This document shows positions 44,092-52,844 of a stretch of DNA of 64,000 nt, in pieces. The notes under the pieces are model-generated. The model saw only the letters and a program-made list of their open reading frames with translations, had not been told where the DNA came from and ran no database searches. The translations under genes and the position numbers were made by a program. The DNA is from Candidatus Dormiibacterota bacterium (lineage in GTDB: Bacteria > Chloroflexota > Dormibacteria > Aeolococcales > Aeolococcaceae): positions 1,282,745 through 1,346,744 of the forward strand of contig CAVOMR010000003.1 in NCBI GenBank assembly GCA_963697085.1. The letters are read 5' to 3'. Position 1 is the first letter of the stretch. The number at the start of each line of letters is the position of its first letter.

Positions 44092-44523
44092 GTGAGCAAG
44101 ACATTCGTTGCCGAGAAGACCGTCTCGATCGACGCTCCCCCTGAGGTCGTCTGGCAGGCGCTGACTGACCCCGACAAGGTCAGGGAATACTTGCACGGCA
44201 CCACGCTCGCGACCGACTGGGAGGTCGGCAGCCCGATCACATGGAGTGGCGAGTGGAAAGGCACGCCGTACCAGGACAAGGGAGTCGTCCTCGCCTTCGA
44301 GCCGACGACGTTGCTGAGCACAACGTATTGGAGCTCAATGAGCGGGAAAGAGGACAAGCCCGAGAACTATTACACCGTGACGTACACCCTCCAAGACGAC
44401 GACGGGACCACGAATCTCACGTTGCAGCAGGACGGCAACGAGAGCCAGGAAGCCGCAGACCAGATGGCTGAGAACAACTGGGGCCCTGTGCTCGAGAGTC
44501 TCAAGGCAGTCGCCGAGCGGTAG
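44092..44523 (+). CDS. SRPBCC / AHSA1-like (START-fold) protein
   Basis: VSIDAPPEVVWQALTDPDKVREYL... GTG start after GGAGG. Confidence 0.8.
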   Translation: MSKTFVAEKTVSIDAPPEVVWQALTDPDKVREYLHGTTLATDWEVGSPITWSGEWKGTPYQDKGVVLAFEPTTLLSTTYWSSMSGKEDKPENYYTVTYTLQDDDGTTNLTLQQDGNESQEAADQMAENNWGPVLESLKAVAER

Positions 44524-44524
44524 C

Positions 44525-45448
44525 GTGAGCGACGGGTCGCTGCCGCCGGCCATCTCGCTCGCCGACCTCCCGATCCCTCGCAACGCGGGTGCGGAGACGA
44601 TCGCCGCCCCTTCCGAGCGCGGACCGGGCCACTGGGTCGGAGCACCGAGCGCCCTGGTGCGCGACGGCGTTCATTACATCGCGTATCGAACCCGGCGGCC
44701 CGTCGACGATGGGCGCGGCGGCGACGTGATCGTTGCGCAAGTTGCGACTGACGGCGTTGGGATCGTCGAGCTCTGCCGCATCGACAAGCGATCCATGGAT
44801 GCCGAGTCCCTCGAACGGCCGGCACTCGTGGTGGATTCCAGTGGACGTTGGCGTCTCTACCTGAGTTGTGCCACGACTGGAACACGACACTGGCGCGTCG
44901 AAGTCCTGGATGCCGCATCGCCCGACGGCTTCGTGAGCACCGGGCGTCGCGTCGTGATGGCCGGTGACGCGCGCATGGCGATGAAGGATCCCGTCATCAG
45001 GTGCGACGGCCGCGGATGGCGAGCGTGGATCTGCTGCCACCCGCTCGATGATCCGGACGCCACCGACCGCATGTGGACGGAATACGCAACCAGCGACGAC
45101 GGCATCGACTGGACCCGGCACGGCCCGGCCCTGAAGCCGGCTCCGGGGCGGTGGGATCAGCGAGGCACGAGGGTGACGTCAATCATCGAACGAGGCAACA
45201 CGGTCGTGGCCTTCTACGACGGCCGGGCGGATGCCGCCGAGAACTGGGAGGAGCGTACCGGCGTCGCGGCCGGGCAAGCCGGGCACCTCGAGATCGTCGG
45301 CGATGCGCCGGTAGCGCAGGCGGTGGGCCCGTACCCCGCGCTTCGCTATGCCACCGTCGTCGAAGGTGGCGATCGCATTGCGGTGTATTACGAGGTCGGA
45401 TGCGAAGACGGCAGCCACGAGCTTCGACGGGAGTGGCTCGGAGCGTGA
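44525..45448 (+). CDS. Hypothetical protein, possibly a beta-propeller glycoside-hydrolase-like fold
   Basis: 307-aa ORF with good codon bias. Repeated W/Y-x-hydrophobic strand patterns. The family is not recognised with confidence. Confidence 0.45.
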   Translation: MSDGSLPPAISLADLPIPRNAGAETIAAPSERGPGHWVGAPSALVRDGVHYIAYRTRRPVDDGRGGDVIVAQVATDGVGIVELCRIDKRSMDAESLERPALVVDSSGRWRLYLSCATTGTRHWRVEVLDAASPDGFVSTGRRVVMAGDARMAMKDPVIRCDGRGWRAWICCHPLDDPDATDRMWTEYATSDDGIDWTRHGPALKPAPGRWDQRGTRVTSIIERGNTVVAFYDGRADAAENWEERTGVAAGQAGHLEIVGDAPVAQAVGPYPALRYATVVEGGDRIAVYYEVGCEDGSHELRREWLGA

Positions 45449-45499
45449 GCGACAACGAGTCGCTGTTCGCCGGTTGGCCGGAAGGTCACTATTGGGCGC

Positions 45500-46228
45500 A
45501 TGCCGTCCGTGAACAACCTCGAGCATGCCCGCTACGCACGCATGCGCTGGAACGCGCCGCTCTCCGAGGAGCATGCGAGTTTGCTGCTACGCCGCCTCGA
45601 CATCCGGCAGGGGGCGTCGCTGCTCGACCTCGGCTGCGGGTGGGGTGAGCTATTGCTGCGCGCGATCGACAGTGCCGGGGTCACGACCGGGACCGGCGTC
45701 GACAATGACCCGGAGGCCATTGCGCGAGCCCGATCTCTCGCTGCCGAACGCGGCCTTGACCGGCGTGCGACGTTCGTCGCCGGTCCGGCCGCCGAATGGC
45801 AGCAACCGGCCGATCGAGTCATCTGCGTCGGTGCTGCGCACGCCTTCGGGGGCGCCGAAGCGGCGTTGGCGGCCCTCGGCGGATTTGTGAATCCCAGTGG
45901 TCGAGTGCTGTTCGGCGACGGATGCTGGGAGCGGCCGCCGACTGAGGATGCCGCTCGGATGTTCGGCGAGTCCGTCCGAACACTGGGCGACCTGGTCGGC
46001 GATGCGCAGCGGGCAGGCTGGCGCATCCTGCACCTCAGCGTCGCCGATCAGCGCGAGTGGGACGACTTCGAGTCGACCTACCGCGCTGGACGTCAGGAGT
46101 GGTTGCTGGCCAATCCCGAAGACGAGCGAGCGGCCTCGGTGCGTGACGAACTGGACGTGCAGCTCCATCAGTACATCGGCACCTATCGCGGCGTGCTCGG
46201 CTTCTGCTATCTCGTGCTCGGCCGATAG
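45500..46228 (+). CDS. Class I SAM-dependent methyltransferase
   Basis: Motif I SLLDLGCGWGELLL and an acidic loop TGVDNDPEA. Confidence 0.75.
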   Translation: MPSVNNLEHARYARMRWNAPLSEEHASLLLRRLDIRQGASLLDLGCGWGELLLRAIDSAGVTTGTGVDNDPEAIARARSLAAERGLDRRATFVAGPAAEWQQPADRVICVGAAHAFGGAEAALAALGGFVNPSGRVLFGDGCWERPPTEDAARMFGESVRTLGDLVGDAQRAGWRILHLSVADQREWDDFESTYRAGRQEWLLANPEDERAASVRDELDVQLHQYIGTYRGVLGFCYLVLGR

Positions 46229-46271
46229 CGGATCCGACAGCACGACCACCTGACCCACTCCCGGACAAAGA

Positions 46272-46302
46272 GGGCCGCCTCCAAACGACTCAGAGGCGGC
46301 CC
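46272..46302. terminator. Bidirectional hairpin terminator between the methyltransferase gene and nrdJ
   Basis: 10-bp stem GGGCCGCCTC / GAGGCGGCCC with an 11-nt loop. Confidence 0.55.
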
Positions 46303-46330
46303 GGGCGAGAGGGGAGGAGGTTCTAGAAGA

Positions 46331-49217
46331 TCAGCTGCAGCCGCTCGTCGCTCCGCAGTTGTGGCACTTGTAGCAGGCGCCGTTGCGCACCATGAGGCTG
46401 CCGCAGTCACTGCAGGTTGGCGCGTCCTCCTGGTTGATGAATGCGCCCGCGCTGAGAGTCGATATCGGGGTGACGGCCTTGCGCACTGCTGCAGCAGGCG
46501 TCGCGACCGCGGCCGTTGACTCCACCGACGCGGTGTCGACACCGAAGTCGGCGAGGTCTGTCGCCTCGGGGGTTACGCTGCCATCGGGCTCGCGCCGGAT
46601 AATGCCGAGGCGATCCCGCTCCTCCTGCGGCAGGAAACGCGATGCCAGCCAGCGGAAGATGTAGTCCATCACCGACTTGGCAATCGGGATCTCGGGGTTG
46701 CGCGTGAAACCCTGCGGATCGAAGCGCGTGTGGGAGAACTTGTCGACGAGCGCCGGCAGCGGCACGCCGTACTGCAGCGCGAGTGAGACGGCGGTCGCGA
46801 ACGAGTCCATGAGCCCGCTGACCGTCGAGCCTTCCTTGGCCATCCGGAGGAAGATCTCGCCGGGTGTGCCGTCGTCGTAGAGGCCGACGGTGATGTAGCC
46901 CTCGTGTCCGCCGACCTCGAACTTGTGCGTCAGCGCCGTGCGCTCGACGGGAAGGCGCTTGCGCAGCGGGCGCTCCACCACTTGCGTACGGTGACCGGTG
47001 GTCTTGTCGATGCTGGTCGCGAGCGGCTGGCTGCGCTTGCTGCCGTCGCGGTAGATCGCGACCGCCTTGAGCCCGAGCTTCCAACCGTCCGTGTAGGCGC
47101 GCTCGATGTCCTCGACGGTCGCCTCGTTGGGCATGTTCACCGTCTTGGAGATTGCGCCGCTGATGAACGGCTGCACCGCCGCCATCATCCGGAGGTGTCC
47201 CTGCCACGTGATCGAGCGCTTGCCGTTCTGCGGTGTGAACGCGCAGTCGAAGACCGCGACGTCCTCCTCGCGCAGCGTCGGCGCACCCTCGATGGTGTCG
47301 TTGCTGTCGATGAACGCGATGATGTCGGCGATCGCGGTCTCGCCATACCCGAGCCGGCGGAGTGCCGCGGGGACGGTGCCGTTGACCATCTTCAGCATCC
47401 CGCCGCCGACGAGCTTCTTGTACTTGACGAGCGCGATGTCCGGCTCGACACCCGTGGTGTCGCAGTCGAGCATGAAGCTGATCGTCCCGGTCGGCGCGAG
47501 CACCGTCGCCTGTGAGTTGCGATATCCGTGGCGGGCACCGAGCTCGTGCGCCTCATCCCATGCGTGCCGCGCGGCACCGATGAGATCGGCCTCGATGTTG
47601 TCGGTCGGGATGTTGTACGCGGCCTCGCGATGCTTGCCGACAACTCGGAGCATCGGCTGGCGGTTGACCGCGTAGCCGTTGAACGCGCCGACCTCGCGCG
47701 CGATGCGCGCCGACTGCGCGTAGGCCTCGCCGGTGAGGATCGAGGTCAGGCAGGCTGCGAGGTCGCGGCCCTGGGGGGAGTCGTAGGGAACGCCGCGCGC
47801 CATGAGGAGCGCGCCGAGGTTCGCGTAGCCGAGTCCGAGAGGACGGAAGTCCTCGCTGTTCTTCGCGATCTTCTCGGTCGGGTACGACGCGTTGCTGACC
47901 AGGATCTCCTGCGCGGTGATCGTGATGTGAATCGCGTGCTTGTACAACTCGATGTCGATCGAGCCGTCGTCGTTCAGGAATCGCGTGAGGTTCAGTGACG
48001 CGAGGTTGCAGCTGGTGTCGTCGAGGAACATGTACTCGCTGCAGGGGTTGCTCGCGTTGATGCGACCCGTCGCCGCGGACGTGTGCCAGTCGTTGATGGT
48101 CGTGTCGTACTGCATGCCCGGGTCGCCGCACTGCCACGCGGACTCCGCGATGAGCTTCATGAGCGAGCGGGCCTTGACGGTCTTGAGGATGCGGTTCGAA
48201 GTCCGTCACCGCGCGCAGGTGCCAGTCACGGTCGTCCTGGACGGCGCGCATGAACTCGTCCGTCACGCGGACGGAGTTGTTGCTGTTCTGGAAGAAGACC
48301 GACGCGTACGCCTCACCGGTGAAGGAGCTGTCGTAGCCGCCCTCGATGAGCGTCCACGCCTTGCGCTCCTCGCTCACCTTGCAGGTGATGAAGTCCTCGA
48401 CGTCCGGGTGGTCGACGTTGAGGATGACCATCTTCGCGGCGCGGCGCGTGGTGCCACCGCTCTTGATGACACCCGCGAACGCGTCGAACCCCTTCATGAA
48501 GGAGACGGGTCCGCTCGCGGTGCCGCCGCCGGCCAGCGACTCGGTCGCGGAGCGGATCGGCGAGAGGTTGGTCCCGGTGCCGCTCCCGTACTTGAAGAGC
48601 ATACCCTCGGTCTTCGCGAGCGTGAGGATCGACTCCATGGTGTCCTCGACGCTGTTGATGAAGCACGCGGAGATTTGAGGCTTGCTCGTGACGACGCCGA
48701 GGTTGAACCACACCGGGCTGTTGAAGCTCATCTTCTGATGCAGCAACAGGTGGGTGAGCTCGTCCTGGAACGCCTGGGCGTCGGTCTCCGTCGCAAAGTA
48801 GCCTCCCTCTCGGCCCCACTTTGCGATGGTGTCGGCGACGCGCGAGATCATCTGCTTGACGCTGTTCTCGCGACCCGGAGTGCCGAGCTTCCCGCGGAAG
48901 TACTTGCTCACCACGACGTTTGTGGCCATCTGTGACCAGAACGTCGGGATCTCGCAGTCCTTCTGCTCGAAGACCGTCTCGCCCTTCTCGTTGCCGATGG
49001 CAGCGGTGCGCTGCTCCCACGTCACCTCGTCGAAGGGATGCACGCCTTCGCGGGTGAACCTGCGCTCGACCTGGATGCCACCGCTCTCGATCTCCACCTT
49101 GGTGCTCACGCGGGCGTGTTCCGACCCACTTCGGCGAGGTGCTCTCCGGCCGGTGGGCGGCTCCATCGAGATGTGGTGAGCGTCGTCAGGCGGGAGTTTG
49201 GAGGCGGAGCGATCCAC
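46331..49217 (-). pseudogene. nrdJ: Adenosylcobalamin-dependent (class II) ribonucleotide reductase NrdJ, frame broken by one extra base at about 48193-48203
   Basis: The N-terminal ORF reads ...WSQMATNVVVSKYFRG...SACFINSV...RDWHLRAVTD and then junk. The other frame continues NRILKTVKARSLMKLIAESAWQCGDPGMQYDTTINDWHT...NPCSEY... to the C-terminal Zn ribbon CSDCGSLMVRNGACYKCHNCG. The junction lies at GACTTCGAACC on the coding strand. Confidence 0.85.
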
Positions 49218-49320
49218 GAATCTTTCCTCTTCTAGCTGGTGGGCGCTTCATTGTGCGGAGACGTGTGCAGGACTGCGCCCTGGCTGGCTCGAGGCCCAAT
49301 CTCCGCGTACTGAGATCACC

Positions 49321-51510
49321 TCAATGATCCCACATGTTGGGCCCCAGCCGGTCGGGAGCCCCCATATCTTGCGAGTCAGTGGTCCGGGAGTCAAGGGGGT
49401 TTTGCACCTCTGTTGCACCGGTGAGGATGTCCCGGTGGAGGATCGGAACCTCGATCCGCATCGTGACGCGGCGATCCCCCGCGATCAGCAGGAACTCGCC
49501 CCGAGACGCGGTTTCGAGGAAGCCGCGCTGGGCCTCCGTCAGCCCGAACGCCTGCTCCATCCGGGCCGTTTCCGCGGCTCGATGCCCGCCCAGGAGGACC
49601 ACCGCGCAGTTCGTCGCGATCACGCTGCCCTCGTCGCTGCTGAGGAGGTCCTGCGCGTTCTGCGTGGCCACGACGAGCGACGCGCTGTACTTGCGGCAGC
49701 GTCGCGCCAGCTGCACCAGGAGCTCTCGCAGCGGACGGTGCGCGCAGAGCGCGCCGACCTCGTCGAACACGATGTGCCGGCGGCGTTGATCCCTGCGGAC
49801 CAGCTCCCACAACCAGCGGGCGACGATGAGCGTCGCCGCGGCGACGTGCTCCGGTGGCATGTCTCTGAGCGAGATCGCGCAGACGCCCGAGTCCACGGCG
49901 AGTGATGTGGGGCGGTTGAACAAGGCGCCGAGCCCGCCGGTGCAGAAGCGGCGCACGACGGTCGCGACCGGGCGTGCTTCCTCGTCGAGCGTTGGAAGGC
50001 AATCCTCGAGCAGCGGGATGCGATGTTCGCCATGCGCACGTTGGACAGCGTCGCGCGCCGCGACATCGACGACGGCACGCTCGACATCGCCGAGACGGTC
50101 GCCGCAGAGCACGGTCACGAGGCCCACGACCGCGGCGATCGTCTCCTCGGCATCGTCGTCAACACCTTCGAAGACGTTGACCGCCGCGTCGGTTCCAGGC
50201 GCCAGCTCGAGATACCGCCCGCCAAGCGCCTTCACCACGGCGCGATATTCACCCTCGGGATCGATGATCACCGAGTTCACGCCGGCGACGGCCGCCTCGA
50301 GCACGAGCGTGCCGATCGCAAAGCTCTTGCCGTGCCCCGACGCCGCGAACACCGCGATGTTCGGATTCGGGTGGCGGTCGGTGTCGAACGGCGCGACGGA
50401 GACCGGCAACCCGGAGCGGATCGCGGCGCCGAGACGGTAACCGCGATGGTCCGAGCACCCGGCCTCGATCCACGGAATGCACGTCGCGGCAGCGGCGGAG
50501 TCGACCAGCTTGCCGTCATGGAGGGCGTCGAAGCAGAGCAGCTGCGTGCTCATGAAGGCCTCCATGTGGCGGAAGTGCGTGATCTCCGCAGCTGTGAGCG
50601 CCGAGGCGAAGGCGAGTCGCAGCGCATCGCTCTGCAGGTCGAGGTCCTCCTGCGAGGAGCCGTGCGCGGTGGCGATCACCGAGAGATGCAGCGGACGACC
50701 CAGGTTGCGCGCGAGGCGGTCGCGCAAGGCCGTTGCGGAGTCGAGCCCGATATCGACGTGGACGTCGGCGAGCGCGCCGCGTTCGTATTCGAGCATCCGG
50801 TGCGCGGAGAAATCGCGCAGCCGCCGGTTCAGCCGGCCGAGCGCTTCCCCGAGTGGCGCAGGCGCCAGATGGATGGCGATATCGCAGTCGGCCCTGACGC
50901 TGAAGAGAGGCGCCAGCCATCCCGGGCCGACGGCGTGCCCCGGCAGGCGTCGCACGGCGAAGCCACGATGGGGCCGGCCGCCAACGTCCACCTGCCGCGC
51001 CTGCTCACGCCACCACACGCCGTCGTTTTCGTCATGATCGTCCGCAACAGCCTCGAGCAGGGCCATGTCCTCGAGCCGGGTGGCGCCGACGCCGAGCGCC
51101 CGGAGACGGTCCAGCGCGTGTGCGCAGGCGGCATCGAGCGCCGCGAGGGTTCGGCCGCAGAGCGCGACGTAGACCTGACGTGTGTAGCGACGGTCAGCCC
51201 ATATCTCGTCTTTCCAGTGCTGTTGCATCGCGTGGTCGAGCTCTTCATGTTGCGGCGGGAACGGGCCCGCGGGTGGGATCTGGAGGCGGCGGACGCGAAC
51301 CACGAGCTGCATCGGGCTCTCCAGCGTGTGGCAGAGCCGCGCGAATGCGGCGGCAGCGGCTGACTGGCGCGCCGGGTCGAGGGCGGTGATGTCGAGCTCA
51401 CTGGTCGCGAGCACGGCAGAGAACTGGCCCCGATGCTCGCATCGGTTGCCACGGACGACAACTGGAGCCGGTGCGGGGTTCTCCCAGGCGAGCGGCTTCA
51501 GCCGTGCCAT
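49321..51510 (-). CDS. VirB4/TraE/PrgJ-family type IV secretion-like ATPase (orphan)
   Basis: 729 aa. The N-terminal domain pattern FSAVLATSELDITALDPARQSAAAAAFARLCHTLESPMQLVVRV is typical of Gram-positive VirB4 homologues. Walker A FAASGHGKSF, Walker B HIVFDEVGAL, and RKYSASLVVATQNAQDLL...RGEFLLIAG. The start overlaps the upstream gene by 13 nt. Confidence 0.7.
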   Translation of the reverse strand: MARLKPLAWENPAPAPVVVRGNRCEHRGQFSAVLATSELDITALDPARQSAAAAAFARLCHTLESPMQLVVRVRRLQIPPAGPFPPQHEELDHAMQQHWKDEIWADRRYTRQVYVALCGRTLAALDAACAHALDRLRALGVGATRLEDMALLEAVADDHDENDGVWWREQARQVDVGGRPHRGFAVRRLPGHAVGPGWLAPLFSVRADCDIAIHLAPAPLGEALGRLNRRLRDFSAHRMLEYERGALADVHVDIGLDSATALRDRLARNLGRPLHLSVIATAHGSSQEDLDLQSDALRLAFASALTAAEITHFRHMEAFMSTQLLCFDALHDGKLVDSAAAATCIPWIEAGCSDHRGYRLGAAIRSGLPVSVAPFDTDRHPNPNIAVFAASGHGKSFAIGTLVLEAAVAGVNSVIIDPEGEYRAVVKALGGRYLELAPGTDAAVNVFEGVDDDAEETIAAVVGLVTVLCGDRLGDVERAVVDVAARDAVQRAHGEHRIPLLEDCLPTLDEEARPVATVVRRFCTGGLGALFNRPTSLAVDSGVCAISLRDMPPEHVAAATLIVARWLWELVRRDQRRRHIVFDEVGALCAHRPLRELLVQLARRCRKYSASLVVATQNAQDLLSSDEGSVIATNCAVVLLGGHRAAETARMEQAFGLTEAQRGFLETASRGEFLLIAGDRRVTMRIEVPILHRDILTGATEVQNPLDSRTTDSQDMGAPDRLGPNMWDH

Positions 51511-52688
51511 GCGACCGGCAGCTCACCGCCAATCCGTCGAGCGAGACGGCGAAGCGCCATCGCGGCGGGTCCGGAGTCGTCGAGCGCGACGAGGCGGTGC
51601 GCGTTCTCCGCCGTGACCACGGAGTTGTCGTCGGGGATGTCGCCGATCAGCTGACCACCGAGGTCGGCCATGGGTTCGGAGAGATCGGTGCCGGGACGCG
51701 AGCGATTGACGATGTAGCGCAGTTGATGACGCAGACCCAGTCGCCGCAACGCCTCGGTGCTGCGGTACGCGTCCTGGACGCCGCCCGCGGTCGGCACCAC
51801 GACGACGAAGACGTCATCGCACGCGCCGAGCGCCGCGATGTTCAGCGGCGACAGCTCCGGGGAGATGTCGACAACCACGAGGTCGAACGCGTCCATGTCG
51901 AGCTCGCGCAACACCTCCCTGAGGAGCGCAGGCGTCACCGGCCACTCCGGGTTGACCGGGCGCTGGGGGCCGAGCAGCACGCGTGTGCCGGATGCATGCG
52001 TGATCATGAAGTCGACGACGCTGCGGTCCTCAGGCGGCGCCAGCGCGAAGTCCAGCAGCGTCTTCTCGGGCGCGCCGAGACGGATGCCGACCGTGGGACT
52101 GCGCAGGTCGAGGTCGATGAGCGCAACCTTCAGCGCGGGGCGGTCGTCGCTGCTGCTGGCTGCAAGCAGGCATGCAAGCTCAGTCGCGAGGGTGCTGCGC
52201 CCCGTCCCGCCGCGCAGTGAGAAGAAGGTGACCCGTCGCGGCCCATCGCGGCGGTCCGGGTGCGCAAGGATCACCGGGGAGGTGGGGGCTCGCGGTGGCG
52301 GCGTCTGCCGAGCGCCGAAGAGCTCGATGATCGGAGCCTGCACCGGCTCGTCTGCGGGGGACGGCTGCGTCGGGTTGGGCGGAGACGGCGTGTCGGAAGT
52401 TGCGAGGTTGCAGCGCAAGGACCCGTGCCGCGCTCGAACCGAATACAGGCCCGCGAACACCGCCCAGTCCAGCGCGGGTCGCCCTGCGACGCTGATCCAC
52501 CCAAGTGCGGCGGCGATCGCGCCGACGACAACGGCCATCGGATCCGCGATCGCCGGAGAGAGCGGCGAACGGAGCAGCGCGTATGCGGCGAGCGCCCCGA
52601 CCATGACCACCACGAGCTGGCCGGCTCCGAGACCGAACGCGATCTGGTCGGGCCGGTCGAAGCCGTCGGCGAACTCGATCTGATCCAT
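51498..52688 (-). CDS. Fusion protein: PrgI/VirB3-like two-TM module + Pro-rich linker + ParA/MinD/CpaE-like P-loop domain
   Basis: ATG at 52688 after GGAG. The N-terminus MDQIEFADGFDRPDQIAFGLGAGQLVVVMVGALAAYALL...VVGAIAAALGWISVAGRPALDW resembles PrgI-family proteins. The linker is TSDTPSPPNPTQPSPADEP. The C-terminal region RVTFFSLRGGTGRSTLATELACLLA...LIDLDL...DLVVVD is ParA/MinD-like. The rest of the 938-aa ORF is antisense to the aldehyde dehydrogenase and is rejected. Confidence 0.65.
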   Translation of the reverse strand: MDQIEFADGFDRPDQIAFGLGAGQLVVVMVGALAAYALLRSPLSPAIADPMAVVVGAIAAALGWISVAGRPALDWAVFAGLYSVRARHGSLRCNLATSDTPSPPNPTQPSPADEPVQAPIIELFGARQTPPPRAPTSPVILAHPDRRDGPRRVTFFSLRGGTGRSTLATELACLLAASSSDDRPALKVALIDLDLRSPTVGIRLGAPEKTLLDFALAPPEDRSVVDFMITHASGTRVLLGPQRPVNPEWPVTPALLREVLRELDMDAFDLVVVDISPELSPLNIAALGACDDVFVVVVPTAGGVQDAYRSTEALRRLGLRHQLRYIVNRSRPGTDLSEPMADLGGQLIGDIPDDNSVVTAENAHRLVALDDSGPAAMALRRLARRIGGELPVAWHG

Positions 52689-52844
52689 CCGCCACTCCAC
52701 TGTTTGCGTTCGCAGAATGACAGCATCGTAGGAGTGTCCGGCTCCTCGTGAGCGGACAAACGGCCGGCCCCGCGGGGCGCCCCGCCGATCGCCGTCCATA
52801 ATCGACACCGGCGTCAACAACCGGTGCAGCGGTGGAGGTACCCA

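Noticed and set aside
6372-48203. Programmed +1 ribosomal frameshifting as the explanation for the recurrent motif.
   Set aside because: The motif is in codon phase at three sites, out of phase at 20563 and on the opposite strand at 6372. There is no slippery or stop-codon context like prfB. A translational mechanism would require a constant phase and strand.
49218-49320. NrdR boxes or a B12 riboswitch in the nrdJ leader.
   Set aside because: Only weak ACAC/CACA fragments are present. There is no pair of 16-bp palindromes at the expected spacing and no riboswitch core.
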